A stretch of 64,000 nt of DNA from an uncultured Gammaproteobacteria bacterium (GTDB lineage: Bacteria; Patescibacteriota; Patescibacteriia; Patescibacteriales; UBA12465): positions 57,854-121,853 of the forward strand of contig CAYYPI010000001.1 of the NCBI GenBank assembly GCA_964473565.1, given 5' to 3'. Both the position numbers and the translations under genes were made by a program. Shown piece by piece: positions 39,707 to 52,054 of the stretch. The notes beneath the pieces are model-generated. The model made no database searches. It had not been told where the DNA came from and saw only the letters and a list, made by a program, of their open reading frames with translations. Position 1 is the stretch's first letter, and every line of letters begins with the position of its first letter.

Positions 39707-41017
39707 TTGCTCAAAAGCAATATAAAGTTACATAAAATTATGTCAGAAGAAACAAAACAAACAGATTTTTCTAAGCTTTTAGATAAGCAGGAATTTAGCA
39801 TTCCTCAAGTAGGAGATGTTATTAAAGGCACAGTAGTAGCTGCTTCTAAATCAGAAGTAAGACTAGATGTTAATGGTGTAATGGTAGGAGTAGTTAGAGG
39901 ACCAGAATTATACTTGGAAGATGATGAATATGGTAAATTAAAACCTGGTGATGAGGCTGAAGCTATGGTTGTTGAAACAGAAAATGAAAATGGAGAATTA
40001 GAATTATCATTTAAGAGAGTTGGACAAGAAAAGGCTTGGAATATTTTAGAAGAAGCTTATCAAGATAAGGAGCCTGTTACTATTAAGATAGTTGATGCTA
40101 ATAAAGGTGGATTAATGGCTAGATTTAGACAGATAAAAGGCTTTTTACCAGTTTCACAATTAGCTCCTGAACACTATCCACGTGTAAGTGGCGGAGATAA
40201 GAGTAAGATTTTAGATAAACTAAAGAAATTTGTAGGACAGAAAATGGAAGTAAATATTATCACTTTAGAAGAAGGTGATGACAAAATTATATTTAGTGAA
40301 AAAGAATTATGGAATAAACGTAAAAAAGACGTTATTTCTCAATATAAAGAAGGTATGGTTGTTGAAGGTGTAGTTACAGCTATTACAAACTTTGGTGTAT
40401 TTGTAAGCTTTGGAGAAAACATGGAAGGTTTAATTCATATTTCTGAATTAGCTTGGCAAAGAATTGACTCTCCTCATGATTTAGTTAAAGTTGGAGACAC
40501 TATAAAAGCAGAAGTAGTTAACTTAGAAGGTTCTAAGATATTTCTAAGTGCTAAGAAGTTAATGAAAGATCCTTGGCAAGAAGCTACTAAGAAATATAAG
40601 GAAGGCACTGTAGTAGAAGGTGAAATTCTAAAAGTTAACCCTTTCGGATTATTTGTTAAACTAGATGAAAAAATTCATGGTTTAGCTCATATTAGTGAAC
40701 TAGGATTAAAACCTAAAGAGAAGATTAGTGAAATTTTTAGTGCTGGAGAAAAAAGAGAGTTTGAAATTATTAATATCTCACCAGAAGAGCATCGTTTAGG
40801 TCTTAAATTAGCAGATAAGAAAGATAAAAAGAGCAAGAAAAGTGAAGAAGAGAGTGTAGAGAGCGAAGAGAAAGAGGAAAAAGCAGATACAAAAGAGAAG
40901 AAAGATAAAAAAGTAAAAGAAGAAAAAAAGGAAAAAGAAACTAAAGATGATAAAAAAGAAACTAAAAAAGAAAGTACAGATAAAGCTGAAAAGACTACAG
41001 ACTCAGAGGAAAAATAA
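39707..41017 (+). CDS. rpsA: 30S ribosomal protein S1 (4 S1 domains) with K/E-rich tail
   Basis: repeated S1 OB-fold modules (GxV.G.V..I...G.FV); 436 aa. Confidence 0.85.
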   Translation: MLKSNIKLHKIMSEETKQTDFSKLLDKQEFSIPQVGDVIKGTVVAASKSEVRLDVNGVMVGVVRGPELYLEDDEYGKLKPGDEAEAMVVETENENGELELSFKRVGQEKAWNILEEAYQDKEPVTIKIVDANKGGLMARFRQIKGFLPVSQLAPEHYPRVSGGDKSKILDKLKKFVGQKMEVNIITLEEGDDKIIFSEKELWNKRKKDVISQYKEGMVVEGVVTAITNFGVFVSFGENMEGLIHISELAWQRIDSPHDLVKVGDTIKAEVVNLEGSKIFLSAKKLMKDPWQEATKKYKEGTVVEGEILKVNPFGLFVKLDEKIHGLAHISELGLKPKEKISEIFSAGEKREFEIINISPEEHRLGLKLADKKDKKSKKSEEESVESEEKEEKADTKEKKDKKVKEEKKEKETKDDKKETKKESTDKAEKTTDSEEK

Positions 41018-41127
41018 GCTAAATTTACCATATAAAACAACAGGCTCAGCTTGTTGTTTTATTTGCCAAAAACCTTAAGTCATTATATACTTAAACTAAT
41101 TGAATTTAAGTTTATTTAAGAATTATT

Positions 41128-43023
41128 ATGAAGAAATTAATCAAGAATTTTTTAATATTTTTTATAGTTTTTTTGGTTTTGGCTGCTGTTTTTAGCTCTT
41201 ATAGCTTGACTGGAGATGAACCAGAAACTAAAGGCCTTAATTATTTAGTTAGCTCAATTGAAAACGAAGAGATTTCTAAAATTGAAGTTGAAGAAACCAG
41301 AGTTTTGTTGACTACTAAAGAAGGTGAAGAAAAAATAGTTAAAAAAGAAAGTAACCAATCTTTTTCAGAGTTAATAGCAAATTTAGGAGTAGATAAACAA
41401 AAAGTAGAAAAGGTTGATATTCAAATACAAGAACCAGGAGGTTTTGATTATATTCTTGCTAATATCTTACCCTTTTTAATACCCTTTTTACTTATAGCCG
41501 GATTTATATATTTCATGATGAGAGGTATGCAAGGGGCTAATTCTAGGGCTATGAGTTTTGGTCAGTCTCAAGCTAAAGAAGCAGAAAAAGATTCTAAAAC
41601 TAAAGTAACCTTTAAAGATGTAGCTGGAGCTAAAGAAGCTAAAGAAGAATTAAAAGAAATAGTAGACTTTTTAAGGTTTCCTAAGAAATTTCATGATTTA
41701 GGGGCTAAAACTCCTAAGGGAGTATTGCTTCTTGGTAGTCCGGGTACTGGAAAAACCTTGCTGGCTAGATCGGTTTCTGGAGAAGCCAAAGTACCTTTTT
41801 TCCATATTTCTGGTTCAGAGTTTGTAGAGATGTTTGTGGGTGTGGGAGCTTCTAGGGTTCGTTCTCTTTTTCAAAAGGCTAAGAAAAGTGCACCGTGTAT
41901 AATATTTATTGATGAGATTGATGCAGTAGGAAGAAAAAGGGGTGCAGGACTGGGAGGTTCACATGATGAAAGAGAACAGACTTTAAATCAAATTTTAGTT
42001 GAGCTAGATGGTTTTGATCCTAATGATAATGTTATTGTTATTGCCGCTACTAATCGTCCTGATGTTCTTGATCCAGCTTTACTTAGACCTGGACGCTTTG
42101 ATAGACGTATTATTGTTGATGAACCAGATTTAAATGCTAGAGAAGAAATATTAAAAGTTCATGTTAAGAAAAAACCTTTAGATAAAGATGTAAAATTAAG
42201 AGAAATTGCTGAAAGAACTCCAGGTTTTTCTGGCGCTGACTTAGCTAATCTTTTAAATGAAGGCGCTATTATCGCAGCTCGACAAAACAAGAAAAGTATT
42301 TCTAGAGAAGATTTATTTGAGGCTGTAGAAAAAGTAATGATTGGTCCAGAGAGGAAAAGTAGAGTTTTATCTGACAAAGAAAAAAAGATTACTGCTTATC
42401 ACGAAGCTGGTCACGCCTTGGTTGCTCATTTTCTACCTAATGCTGATCCTGTTCAAAAGATATCTATTATTGCTAGAGGTAAAGCAGGCGGTTACACATT
42501 AAAAGTTCCAACTGAAGATAAACATATGCATCCTAAGTCAGATTTCCTAGATGAACTATCAGTACTCTTAGCTGGTTATTTAGCTGAGAAAGAAGTTTTC
42601 AATGAAGTGACTACAGGAGCTACCTCTGATTTACACAGAGCTACTATGATTTCTAGAAGTTTAGTAACTGATTATGGTATGTCTGAAAAGCTAGGACTTA
42701 GAACTTTTGGAGAAAAAGAAGATATGATATTTTTAGGCAGAGAGATTCATGAACAAAGAGATTATAGTGAAAAGGTTGCAGAGAGAATAGATGAGGAAAT
42801 TATTAATTTTATCAATTCAGCTCAGGAAAAGACCTTAAAAATTCTAAGGGATAAGAGAGAATATTTAGATAAAGTAGCTAATAAATTAATAGAGAAAGAG
42901 ACCTTAGATAAAAAACAGTTTGAAGAGATTGTTGGAGCAAAACAAAAAGAAGATAAAGATGATAAAGATAAAGAAGATAAAAATATTGTTGGTCATCAAA
43001 GTGATAAAAATAACTTAGTTTAG
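41128..43023 (+). CDS. ftsH: ATP-dependent zinc metalloprotease FtsH
   Basis: Walker [20 protein letters not shown] zinc site; 2 N-terminal TM. Confidence 0.9.
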   Translation: MKKLIKNFLIFFIVFLVLAAVFSSYSLTGDEPETKGLNYLVSSIENEEISKIEVEETRVLLTTKEGEEKIVKKESNQSFSELIANLGVDKQKVEKVDIQIQEPGGFDYILANILPFLIPFLLIAGFIYFMMRGMQGANSRAMSFGQSQAKEAEKDSKTKVTFKDVAGAKEAKEELKEIVDFLRFPKKFHDLGAKTPKGVLLLGSPGTGKTLLARSVSGEAKVPFFHISGSEFVEMFVGVGASRVRSLFQKAKKSAPCIIFIDEIDAVGRKRGAGLGGSHDEREQTLNQILVELDGFDPNDNVIVIAATNRPDVLDPALLRPGRFDRRIIVDEPDLNAREEILKVHVKKKPLDKDVKLREIAERTPGFSGADLANLLNEGAIIAARQNKKSISREDLFEAVEKVMIGPERKSRVLSDKEKKITAYHEAGHALVAHFLPNADPVQKISIIARGKAGGYTLKVPTEDKHMHPKSDFLDELSVLLAGYLAEKEVFNEVTTGATSDLHRATMISRSLVTDYGMSEKLGLRTFGEKEDMIFLGREIHEQRDYSEKVAERIDEEIINFINSAQEKTLKILRDKREYLDKVANKLIEKETLDKKQFEEIVGAKQKEDKDDKDKEDKNIVGHQSDKNNLV

Positions 43024-43104
43024 CTTGACTAGTATAGATTCTAAGTTATACTAAATAAATATTAAATAAAAAAATTACGTTTAAACGTAAATATATAAAA
43101 AAAT

Positions 43105-43305
43105 ATGTCAGTACCAAAGAAAAGAAGAACATCTGGTTCAGCAGGTAAACGTAGATCACATCATGGTTTAAAATCTGCTACCATTAATACTTGTCCTCAA
43201 TGTAAAAAAGCTGTGAGACCACATCAAGCTTGTAGTTTTTGTGGATACTATAAGGGCAAACAAGTTATTAAAACAAAAAGTGAAACTAAAGTTAAAAATA
43301 AATAA
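43105..43305 (+). CDS. rpmF: 50S ribosomal protein L32
   Basis: [22 protein letters not shown]…CPQC…[12 protein letters not shown]. Confidence 0.85.
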   Translation: MSVPKKRRTSGSAGKRRSHHGLKSATINTCPQCKKAVRPHQACSFCGYYKGKQVIKTKSETKVKNK

Positions 43306-43307
43306 TT

Positions 43308-43841
43308 ATGTCTAATCGTCATTTAGCTAGAACGCTTGCCATGCAAAGTTTATTTGTCTGGGATTTTAATAGTCAAAATTCAGATAATTTAAAGGAAATA
43401 ATAGAGGAAAACTTTATTAATTTCGCACCAGATTTTGATGATAATGGTTTTGTTGAAAATACCGTTTACGGAGTTGTTGATAATTTAAAAGAGATTGATA
43501 AGCAGATTATTAAATATGCCACTGAATGGCCTTTGGATCAAATTACTGTGGTTGATAGAAATGTTTTACGCATCGGTGTTTATGAAATGCTTTTGGATGA
43601 GTCCATTCCTCCTAGAGTAGCAATTAATGAAGCTATTGAAATTGCTAAGAATTATGGAGGTGAATCTTCAGGTAAATTTGTTAATGGAGTTTTAGGAGCG
43701 ATATATAATGATTTACCAGAGAAAGTAAGAGAAAGTGATCATAAAGCTGAAGAGAAAAAAAAGAAAGAAGAAGAAAAAGAAGAGCAAGAGTCTCAAAAAG
43801 AAAATAAAGAAGAAGAGGGTGAGATTAAGACAGCTAAGTAG
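43308..43841 (+). CDS. nusB: transcription antitermination factor NusB
   Basis: [18 protein letters not shown]-terminus; K/E-rich C-terminal tail. Confidence 0.8.
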   Translation: MSNRHLARTLAMQSLFVWDFNSQNSDNLKEIIEENFINFAPDFDDNGFVENTVYGVVDNLKEIDKQIIKYATEWPLDQITVVDRNVLRIGVYEMLLDESIPPRVAINEAIEIAKNYGGESSGKFVNGVLGAIYNDLPEKVRESDHKAEEKKKKEEEKEEQESQKENKEEEGEIKTAK

Positions 43842-43948
43842 TACTAGAGATTGAAATAAATATATTTATAATTTAGTTTTTATACGTTTGTAATTTTGGA
43901 TTAGCTACATTAAATAGCTTATCCCAAATTAGAGGTGTATATATTTAT

Positions 43949-44641
43949 ATGCCAGATCTCAAAAAATTAGAAAAAAAATTAAACTTTAAGTTTAAAGATT
44001 CTGACAAGTTAAAACAAGCATTAGTTCATCGTTCTTATATAAACGAACATCCTAATTTTACCTTAGGTCATAATGAGAGATTAGAATTTTTAGGTGACGC
44101 AGTTTTGGAGTTGATAATAACTAAGTATCTATTTAATAATTACCCTGAAAAACCTGAAGGAGTTTTAACTAACTGGAGAGCTTCACTTGTTAATTCTAAA
44201 ATGTTATACCAGGTAGCTTCAGAATTAGAGCTAGATAATTATCTGTACCTTTCTAAGGGAGAGGCTAAAGACGGCACTACTAAAAGTAGGCAGTACATTA
44301 TGGCCAATGCGGTTGAAGGAATTATTGGAGCTATGTACTTAGATCAAGATATAGAAAAGACTGAAGTTTTTGTAAATGAATTTATTATTTCTAAACTCCA
44401 TCATATTATTACTAATGAATTATACTTAGATCCTAAATCTAGATTGCAGGAATTAGCGCAAGACAAAGAAAGTATAACTCCTCATTATGATTTATTAAAT
44501 GAAGAGGGACCAGATCATGAAAAAATATTTACTATCGGTGTTTATTTTGAAGATGACTTAATTGCTAAAGGTAAAGGGTCATCTAAACATGAAGCTGAGG
44601 TTGACGCCGCTAAAAAAGCTTTAAAAATAAAAAAATGGTAA
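43949..44641 (+). CDS. rnc: ribonuclease III
   Basis: ERLEFLGDAVLEL signature, C-terminal dsRBD. Confidence 0.9.
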   Translation: MPDLKKLEKKLNFKFKDSDKLKQALVHRSYINEHPNFTLGHNERLEFLGDAVLELIITKYLFNNYPEKPEGVLTNWRASLVNSKMLYQVASELELDNYLYLSKGEAKDGTTKSRQYIMANAVEGIIGAMYLDQDIEKTEVFVNEFIISKLHHIITNELYLDPKSRLQELAQDKESITPHYDLLNEEGPDHEKIFTIGVYFEDDLIAKGKGSSKHEAEVDAAKKALKIKKW

Positions 44642-45747
44642 AAGAAATAACATTAGAAGAACTACTTAATATAGCTGTGAAGCATAATGCTTCAGATTTG
44701 CATTTAGTTACAGGTTTAGCCCCTATCCTTAGGATAGATGGTATCATTAATGATATTAATATAGTTCTATCTAGAAATTTCAATGAAGATTATACTTTTA
44801 GTACTCAAGCCGATAAAGACAATAAGTATCAAAAAGTTGATAAAAAAAGCCTAGAAAAAATTATTGCTAATATTTTAAATGATGAGCAGAAACAGAAATT
44901 TGAAGAAAATAAAGACTTAGATTTTAGTATTAGTACTGAAGGAGGTAGATTTAGAGTTAATTTATCAAAAGAAAAAGATAATCCAAAGTTAGTAGCAAGA
45001 GTCATTAGTAATGAAACTCCTTCTTTAGAGGATATTAATATGCCAGAAATTACTAAAGATATTTTGAAGCATAAACAAGGTTTAGTGTTGGTAACTGGAC
45101 CTACGGGTTGTGGTAAGTCTACTACTTTAGCAGCTATGGTTGATTATATAAATAAAAATAGACGCGCTAATATAGTTACTTTAGAAGATCCAATTGAGTT
45201 TATTTTCAAACCCCACAAAAGCGTTATTACGCAAAGAGAATTAAAAACAGATATGACAAGTTTTGAGGCTGGTTTAAAACACGTGCTTCGCCAAGACCCT
45301 GATGTAATAATGGTAGGAGAAATGAGAGATTTAGAAACTATTGCAGCCGCTATTACTTTAGCCGAGACAGGACATTTAATTATAGCTACCTTGCATACAT
45401 ATAGCGCAGTGCAAACTATTGATAGAATAATTGATATTTTTCCTCCTCATCAACAAGCACAAATTAAAGCGCAGTTGTCTATGATTCTTAGTTCTGTAAT
45501 ATCTCAAAAATTACTTCCTAAGGTGGGTGGAGGTAGAGTTGCTGCTAGAGAAGTTTTAATTAGAAATAATGCAGTTAGTAATTTGATTAGAGATAATAAG
45601 ATTAGACAAATTAAAAATGTTATTGAGACTAGTTCTGGAGAAGGGATGATAAGTTTTGGAAGAGCTATTAAAGATTTATATCACCGTGACCTTATCAGTG
45701 AAGAAGTGGCTCAGAGCCAAATGGATGACCCTGCAGTGTTTATATAA
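44635..45747 (+). CDS. pilT: type IV pilus retraction ATPase PilT-like
   Basis: 370 aa; Walker A GPTGCGKSTT, Asp box, His box; overlaps rnc stop by 7 nt. Confidence 0.8.
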   Translation: MVKEITLEELLNIAVKHNASDLHLVTGLAPILRIDGIINDINIVLSRNFNEDYTFSTQADKDNKYQKVDKKSLEKIIANILNDEQKQKFEENKDLDFSISTEGGRFRVNLSKEKDNPKLVARVISNETPSLEDINMPEITKDILKHKQGLVLVTGPTGCGKSTTLAAMVDYINKNRRANIVTLEDPIEFIFKPHKSVITQRELKTDMTSFEAGLKHVLRQDPDVIMVGEMRDLETIAAAITLAETGHLIIATLHTYSAVQTIDRIIDIFPPHQQAQIKAQLSMILSSVISQKLLPKVGGGRVAAREVLIRNNAVSNLIRDNKIRQIKNVIETSSGEGMISFGRAIKDLYHRDLISEEVAQSQMDDPAVFI

Positions 45748-45940
45748 TATATTAATAAAAAAAATAATAATTAGCATTCAATTATCCCCTTTATTTTAAG
45801 CCTTTTTAAGCCCTTGACATTATTATTTTTTCAGCTATAATTATAAGCAGTTTAAAAAACATCATAAACTATGATAAATTTAAGCTCAATATTAAATAGA
45901 TTAAGCGGATAGGTACCGTCTTTTTGATGACTGTATTTAA

Positions 45941-45962
45941 GCCGCTGAGATAGCGGTTTTTT
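45941..45962 (+). terminator. rho-independent terminator after pilT
   Basis: ccgctgagatagcgg hairpin + T6. Confidence 0.45.
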
Positions 45963-46682
45963 GTTTCTTAAAATTTAAAGTTTAACTCCTGCCTCTCTTT
46001 TATAAAGATAGGTGGAATTTAAATTTTAAATGTACTTTGACATTTGAATAATAGAACCAATTAATTAAGTAAAAATAAAGTTTTTTCGTTCAAGATAAGA
46101 GCGTGGGAAAATCTCAACAAGAGTATACGGTGGATGCCTCGACATAAAAAGACGATGAAGGACGTAGCAGCCTGCGAAAAGCTTCGGTAAGGTGGCAAGC
46201 AACCTTTGACCCGAAGATTTCCGAATGGGGAAACCCGCCCTATTGAAGATAGGGCATGCCTTGAGTCAAATCAAGGCAGGAAGACCCGGTGAATTGAAAC
46301 ATCTTAGTAGCCGGAGGAAAAGAAAACAAACGTTTATTCCCTTAGTAGTGGCGAGCGAAAGGGGAAAAGCCTAAACTTTATAGACTGAGTTTAATGGATT
46401 TATCTACTTCGGTAGATAATGAAGTTAAACGGAAGGATTTGGGTCCACATGTTTATAGAGGGTTGTAAGAAAATTGTGTTTATCTCCCAAACAGATAAGG
46501 CAAAGTTACAAAAAACTATTTTTAACTAAATGAGCTGGAAAGCTCAGCCAGAGAAGGTGATAGCCCTGTAAGTGAAAAGAATAGTTTCTTTGCTGCAATT
46601 TTTCTTAAGTAGTGCGGAACACGTGAAATTCCGTATGAATCTGGGTCGACTATGATCCAAGGCTAAATACTTTTTATGATCA

Positions 46683-46717
<35 letters not shown>

Positions 46718-47895
46718 CATCCCGGTAAGGGAGGTGAAATAGTACCTGAAACCATATACTTACAAGGAGTCGGAGCCCATTTATGGGTGACGGCGTGCCT
46801 ATTGAAGAATGAGCCAACGAGTTTGTTCTATGTGGCTACATAAGTCCTAACAGGAAATATGTACAGTGAAAGCGAGGGTTAACTGCCCGTATATTTCACT
46901 TCCATTTAACGCCAATGTTAGTGTTAAGTGGAAGTGAAATCAGAGTCGCATGGACAAGACCCGAAGCCGGGTGATCTAGCCATGGCCAGGTTGAACTTTA
47001 GCGAAAGCTAAAGGGAGGACCGAACACACTAGTCGTGCAACACTAGGTGATGAGCTGTGGTTAGCGGTGAAATTCCAATCGAACTCGGCGATAGCTGGTT
47101 CTCCTCGAAATAGCTTTTGGGCTAGCCTCGGATGTTGACTACTGGAGGTAGAGCACTGAATGAGGGCGGGTCTTCGGATACCGTCTTTAACCAAACTCCG
47201 AATGCCAGTAGGTATAATCCGGGAGTTAGACTATGGGGGCTAAGCTCCATCAGTCGAAAGGGAAACAGCCCTAACCGCAATCTAAGGTCCCTAAATATAT
47301 GCTAAGTGTCAAAGGTGGTGTTGTGACTACGACAGTTAGGAGGTTGGCTTAGAAGCAGCCATCCTTTAAAGAAAGCGTAACAGCTCACTAACTAAGTTGT
47401 TTCGCGCCGAAAATTTATCGGGGCTAAAGCATATTACCGAAGCTGCGGATTCTAGAACTATGTTCTAGAGTGGTAGAGGAGCGTTCTGTTTAGCGTTGAA
47501 GTTGTGTCGTGAGGCACAGTGGAGCAGACAGAAGCGAGAATGTTGGCATGAGTAGCAAAAAGGCAGGTTAAAACCCTGCCCACCGAAAACCTAAGGTTTC
47601 CTGGGCAACGCAAATCGTCCCAGGGTTAGTCGGTCCTAAGGTCATGCCTGTGTAGTGCAGGCGCAGCCGATGGAAGAGCTGGTTAATATTCCAGCACTAC
47701 TGTTGTTTTCCGATGGGGGGACACGGTTTCAAAGTTCAAGCGCATTTAATGGTATGTGCGTTGCTTGCCTCAAGAAGCGATCTAGGCAAATCCGGATCAA
47801 TAGCTTTAAGAGGTCGGCAAGAGGTGAAGCCTTTGGTGGAACTGATTTGAGCATAGGAGCTGTCAAGAAAAACCTCTAGGGTTAATTCAACAGTA

Positions 47896-47927
<32 letters not shown>

Positions 47928-48189
47928 CGAGAAGCCTCAGGTGTACGAGAGAACCTTCGTTAAGGAACTCGGCAAAATAGCGGCCGTAATTTCGAGATAA
48001 GGCCTGCCCTGAGCAATCGGGGCCGCAGCTAAAGAGCTCGAGTGACTGTTTAGCAAAAACACAGCTCCCTGCTAACTCGAAAGAGGATGTATAGGGGGTG
48101 ACGCCTGGCCAGTGTCCGAACGTTAAGAGGAAGGGTTAGCTTTGGCAAAGCCCTGAATTCAAGCGCGGATGAACGCCGGCGATAACTAT

Positions 48190-48955
48190 GAAATGATTGT
48201 AGTTATAAAATTTGGCTATTTGCGGGAATATCCTGTTAAGTTAAGAGTACTAGTCTTTTAAAAGGCAGTAAAAATCTCTTAAATAACCCTAAGCAATTTA
48301 GGTACGGGACAATCCGCAGGAAAGACTCTAATAAAAAATTATATGACAGACAGTAAATGGCTTAAACAAGTAGATCCTGCTAAAGGTTATTACCTAGCTG
48401 GATTTGCTGACGGAGAAGGAAGCTTTAATGTCTCTTTAAGAAAGAGGGATGACCATACTATGGGTTGGCAAGTGGTACTTACATTTAATGTATCTCAAAG
48501 AGAGAGCCACATATTAGCCCAGTACAAAAGAATTTTAGGTTGTGGTCGCATACAAGAAAGATCAGATGGTCTTCACATGTATGTGGTTAGCAATCCTAAT
48601 GCGATTGTAGAAAAGGTCATACCTTTCTTTAAGCGCTTTAACTTCTTATCTCAAAGAAAAAAGCAAAATTTTTCTATCTTCTGCAAAATAACAGAATTAG
48701 TTTATTCTAAAGCTCATCTAAATAAAGATGGTTTAGAAGAAATTGTTAAATTGCGTGAAAAGTTAAATGAAGGAAAAGGTAGAAAAAGAAAATATAATCA
48801 AGAAGATGTTACTAAACATCTTAAAGAGAATCCTCAGAGACTACATGCCAAACAAAGACCTTTTCGTAATGAGAAGGCCTAGATGATATAGTCCGATCTC
48901 TATAGAGATATAGAGTGTTAATAAAGGTTGGCTTTATTAACTGTTAACATAAATG
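48190..48955 (+). mobile_element. group I intron 1 in 23S (after …AACTAT)
   Basis: exon sequence resumes at aatcgtcctaaggt; carries HEG ORF. Confidence 0.6.
48343..48882 (+). CDS. LAGLIDADG homing endonuclease (single-motif)
   Basis: LAGFADGEGSF motif; inside 23S intron. Confidence 0.8.
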   Translation: MTDSKWLKQVDPAKGYYLAGFADGEGSFNVSLRKRDDHTMGWQVVLTFNVSQRESHILAQYKRILGCGRIQERSDGLHMYVVSNPNAIVEKVIPFFKRFNFLSQRKKQNFSIFCKITELVYSKAHLNKDGLEEIVKLREKLNEGKGRKRKYNQEDVTKHLKENPQRLHAKQRPFRNEKA

Positions 48956-48969
48956 AATCGTCCTAAGGT

Positions 48970-49698
48970 TCTGCAGTTTAGAAGATCTAGACTGTGGAAG
49001 GCTAGGACGGTTCGTAAAATTCGCTGCCTAGCTATATGAAAATATAGTTGCCATAAAACACTCAGTAAAATGCGTGGAAATCTTCAAAAGATATTAAGTA
49101 CTAGACTGTTTGTAAAAATAGTCAGTAAAAATCTTAATATACAGGGAGGCAATACGCAGGATTATTATTTAATAATCCTCAGAGACTTAACACTGAGGTC
49201 TTAATTATATGATCATAAACAAAGATTGGGTATCAGGATTTGTTGATGGTGAAGGAACTTTTTATGTAGGGATTAATTATAATTCCACTATGACTAATAA
49301 AATACAGATTTTACCTGAATTTAGAATAGTTCAACATGAAAAGGATATAAAATTACTTTATGCTTTAAAAGATTTTTTTAAAGCAGGTGTTGTTAGAGTT
49401 AATCATGACAATAGGTATGAATTACGAGTCAGAAGACTACAACATTTATCAAGTATAATTATTCCTCACTTTCAAAAACATCCGTTAATAACTCAAAAAC
49501 AGTTTGATTTCATTAAATTTACTAAAATAGTAGAGTTAATGATAAAACAAAAACATTTAAACAAGGAAGAAATAATCAAAATTATTGATATTTCCTGTAA
49601 GATGAATAGACAGAATAAAGAAAAAGCCTTGAAAATAAAAGAAATGTTGTTAAGACAAGATAAAGTCCATACTTAATAGAAATATTAAGAGGGTATAG
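48970..49698 (+). mobile_element. group I intron 2 in 23S (site equivalent to E. coli ~1931, before AGCGAAATTCC)
   Basis: exon resumes agcgaaattccttgtcggg. Confidence 0.6.
49209..49676 (+). CDS. LAGLIDADG homing endonuclease (single-motif)
   Basis: VSGFVDGEGTFYV motif. Confidence 0.8.
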   Translation: MIINKDWVSGFVDGEGTFYVGINYNSTMTNKIQILPEFRIVQHEKDIKLLYALKDFFKAGVVRVNHDNRYELRVRRLQHLSSIIIPHFQKHPLITQKQFDFIKFTKIVELMIKQKHLNKEEIIKIIDISCKMNRQNKEKALKIKEMLLRQDKVHT

Positions 49699-50186
49699 AG
49701 CGAAATTCCTTGTCGGGTAAGTTCCGACGTGCACGAATGGCGCAACAACTTGAGCACTGTCTCAACGAAGGACTCGGCGAAATTGCATGACGAGTAAAGA
49801 TGCTCGTTAATCATAGTCGGACGAAAAGACCCCATGAAGCTTTACTACAACTTGATATTGAGTTAGGGGTACGCATGTTCAGTAATAGGTGGGAGACTCA
49901 CGTCACCAATGAGAGACCACCCTTGCGTGCTCTTAGCTCTGACTTGCTTAATTGCGAGGACAGTGTCTGGTGGGTAGTTTGTCTGGGGCGGATGCCTCAT
50001 AAAAAGTAACTGAGGCGTTTACAAAGGTTGGCTATCCCGGAATGGAAACCCGGGAGATAGCGTAAAGGCACAAGCCAGCTTTACTGCGAGACTTACTAGT
50101 CGAGCAGTTGCGAAAGCAGAACTTAGTGATCCGACCGTTCGATATAGGACGGCGGAAGCTCATCGGATAAAAGCTACTCTGGGGAT

Positions 50187-51100
50187 ACGTCTGTGTCCCT
50201 ATCTATTAGTAATAATAGATATAGTACTCGGCTAATAACGGTGAAACCCTTTGTCTGCACTTAGGAGTAAGTGTAGAGGTAAGATGAAGGGCAATACCGT
50301 GGGAAGTTAAAAGGTCATAATCATAAAACTTATGATGTTAAGTAAAAGGCAAAAACACATTATCTATGGAATTATCCTAGGTGATGGTTATTTGCAGGCT
50401 ACAGGCCAAAAGAATGCACGACTTCGTGTTGAGCATTCTGCAAAACAAAAACATTATATCGATTGGATATATGATCACTTAAATAACGTTTTTACTGATA
50501 AACCAAAGTATATTGTTAGGAAACATCCAAAAACTAAAAGATATTACGAATATTATAGATTACAAAGTAATTCTTCACCTGTTTTTGGAAAACTTCAAAG
50601 GGCTTTCTATGAGTCTAAAGAAAAATATATACCTGATAATATTTCTAAATACCTACAGACTAATTTAACATTAGCTGTCTGGTATATGGATGATGGATAT
50701 TATTACAGTAAAGACAAATCTGCTCATTTCTATTTACCTTTAGTAGATAGTAAGAGTCAAAAAAATCTCCTTAAATGTTTAAAAGATAATTATGGTTTGG
50801 AAGGCAAAATATATTGTCGACCTGATCGCAGAGCTTGTCAATTAAATTTAAGAGGAGAAAACAAAGATAATTTATTTAGTTTAATTAAACCTTATATACT
50901 AAAAGAGTTTAATTACAAACTACCTTTTAACCCCGTATCGACTGAGAGCGAGAAATAATTCAGAATATTGAGCTCGAAATATTAGTGTTAGCGCTAATAT
51001 TATATGCCGTGCTCCTGAAATATAATTTCAGGATGAAGATATAGTCAGTGCCTAAAGCAATTTAGGATTATATTGCAAAAAGAAAGAGCAATACATACGA
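50187..51100 (+). mobile_element. group I intron 3 in 23S (between GGGGAT and AACAGGCT)
   Basis: exon junction ctctggggat | acaggctagtcccgccc. Confidence 0.6.
50332..50958 (+). CDS. LAGLIDADG homing endonuclease (two motifs)
   Basis: IYGIILGDGYL and AVWYMDDGYY motifs. Confidence 0.75.
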   Translation: MMLSKRQKHIIYGIILGDGYLQATGQKNARLRVEHSAKQKHYIDWIYDHLNNVFTDKPKYIVRKHPKTKRYYEYYRLQSNSSPVFGKLQRAFYESKEKYIPDNISKYLQTNLTLAVWYMDDGYYYSKDKSAHFYLPLVDSKSQKNLLKCLKDNYGLEGKIYCRPDRRACQLNLRGENKDNLFSLIKPYILKEFNYKLPFNPVSTESEK

Positions 51101-51150
51101 ACAGGCTAGTCCCGCCCAAGCGTCCACAGCGACGGCGGGGTTCGGCACCT

Positions 51151-51961
51151 TAACATATCGGGGTGCAATCTCGAGTAATCGAGTGAATAAATTTGGCTTA
51201 TAACGGTGGACTCCATATTTTAGATAACCTATAATATAAATATGGACAATACCGTGGGAAGTCTAACTCAATACCAGAAGTCAATAATCATCGGTTCAAT
51301 ATTGGGCGATGGTTATATAAGAAAAATCAGAGGAAGATCTGAAGCTTTTCTTGAAGTTAATCATTCTGTACTGCAACAGGATTATGTGGATTGGAAATAT
51401 AAAGTACTTGCAAATATTACTAAATCAGCTCCTAAAAGGCGTTTATGTAATGAAGGAAGAGTTGCTTATCGTTTTTTTACTAAGCAACATAAGTATTTAA
51501 GTTATTTGCTAAGTATATATTACCAAGATCATGTAAAAATTATACCTAAAAATTTAAAGTTAAATTCTTTAATTCTTGCAGTATGGTACATGGATGATGG
51601 AAGTATGTGTAGAGAAAGAGATGTATATCTAAATACACAGCAATTTTCAATTGAAGATCAATTAAATTTGTTAGCGTCTTTAGAGAAAATTGGTTTGCAA
51701 GCTAGATTAAATAAAGATAAAGAATATTATAGAATTAGATTCTTGAAAAATAGTTTGCAAAAACTAAAACATTTAATATCACCACATATTATTACATCTA
51801 TGAGATACAAAATTGAGTTATGACCCTGTAGAGACTTGCTCATTTAGAGCTTATAACATTACTTCCTTGGGGAAAATTAACAATGTTATAATACGCCAAC
51901 TCCTAACTGACAATTAGGATGAAGATATAGTCCGTACCATTAGTAATAATGGAATGATACA
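51151..51961 (+). mobile_element. group I intron 4 in 23S (between GGCACCT and CGATGTCGGCTC)
   Basis: exon junction ttcggcacct | cgatgtcggctc. Confidence 0.6.
51242..51823 (+). CDS. LAGLIDADG homing endonuclease (two motifs)
   Basis: IIGSILGDGYI and AVWYMDDGSM motifs. Confidence 0.75.
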   Translation: MDNTVGSLTQYQKSIIIGSILGDGYIRKIRGRSEAFLEVNHSVLQQDYVDWKYKVLANITKSAPKRRLCNEGRVAYRFFTKQHKYLSYLLSIYYQDHVKIIPKNLKLNSLILAVWYMDDGSMCRERDVYLNTQQFSIEDQLNLLASLEKIGLQARLNKDKEYYRIRFLKNSLQKLKHLISPHIITSMRYKIEL

Positions 51962-51997
51962 CGATGTCGGCTCGTCGCATCCTGGGGGTGAAGAAGC

Positions 51998-52050
<53 letters not shown>

Positions 52051-52054
52051 CCGT

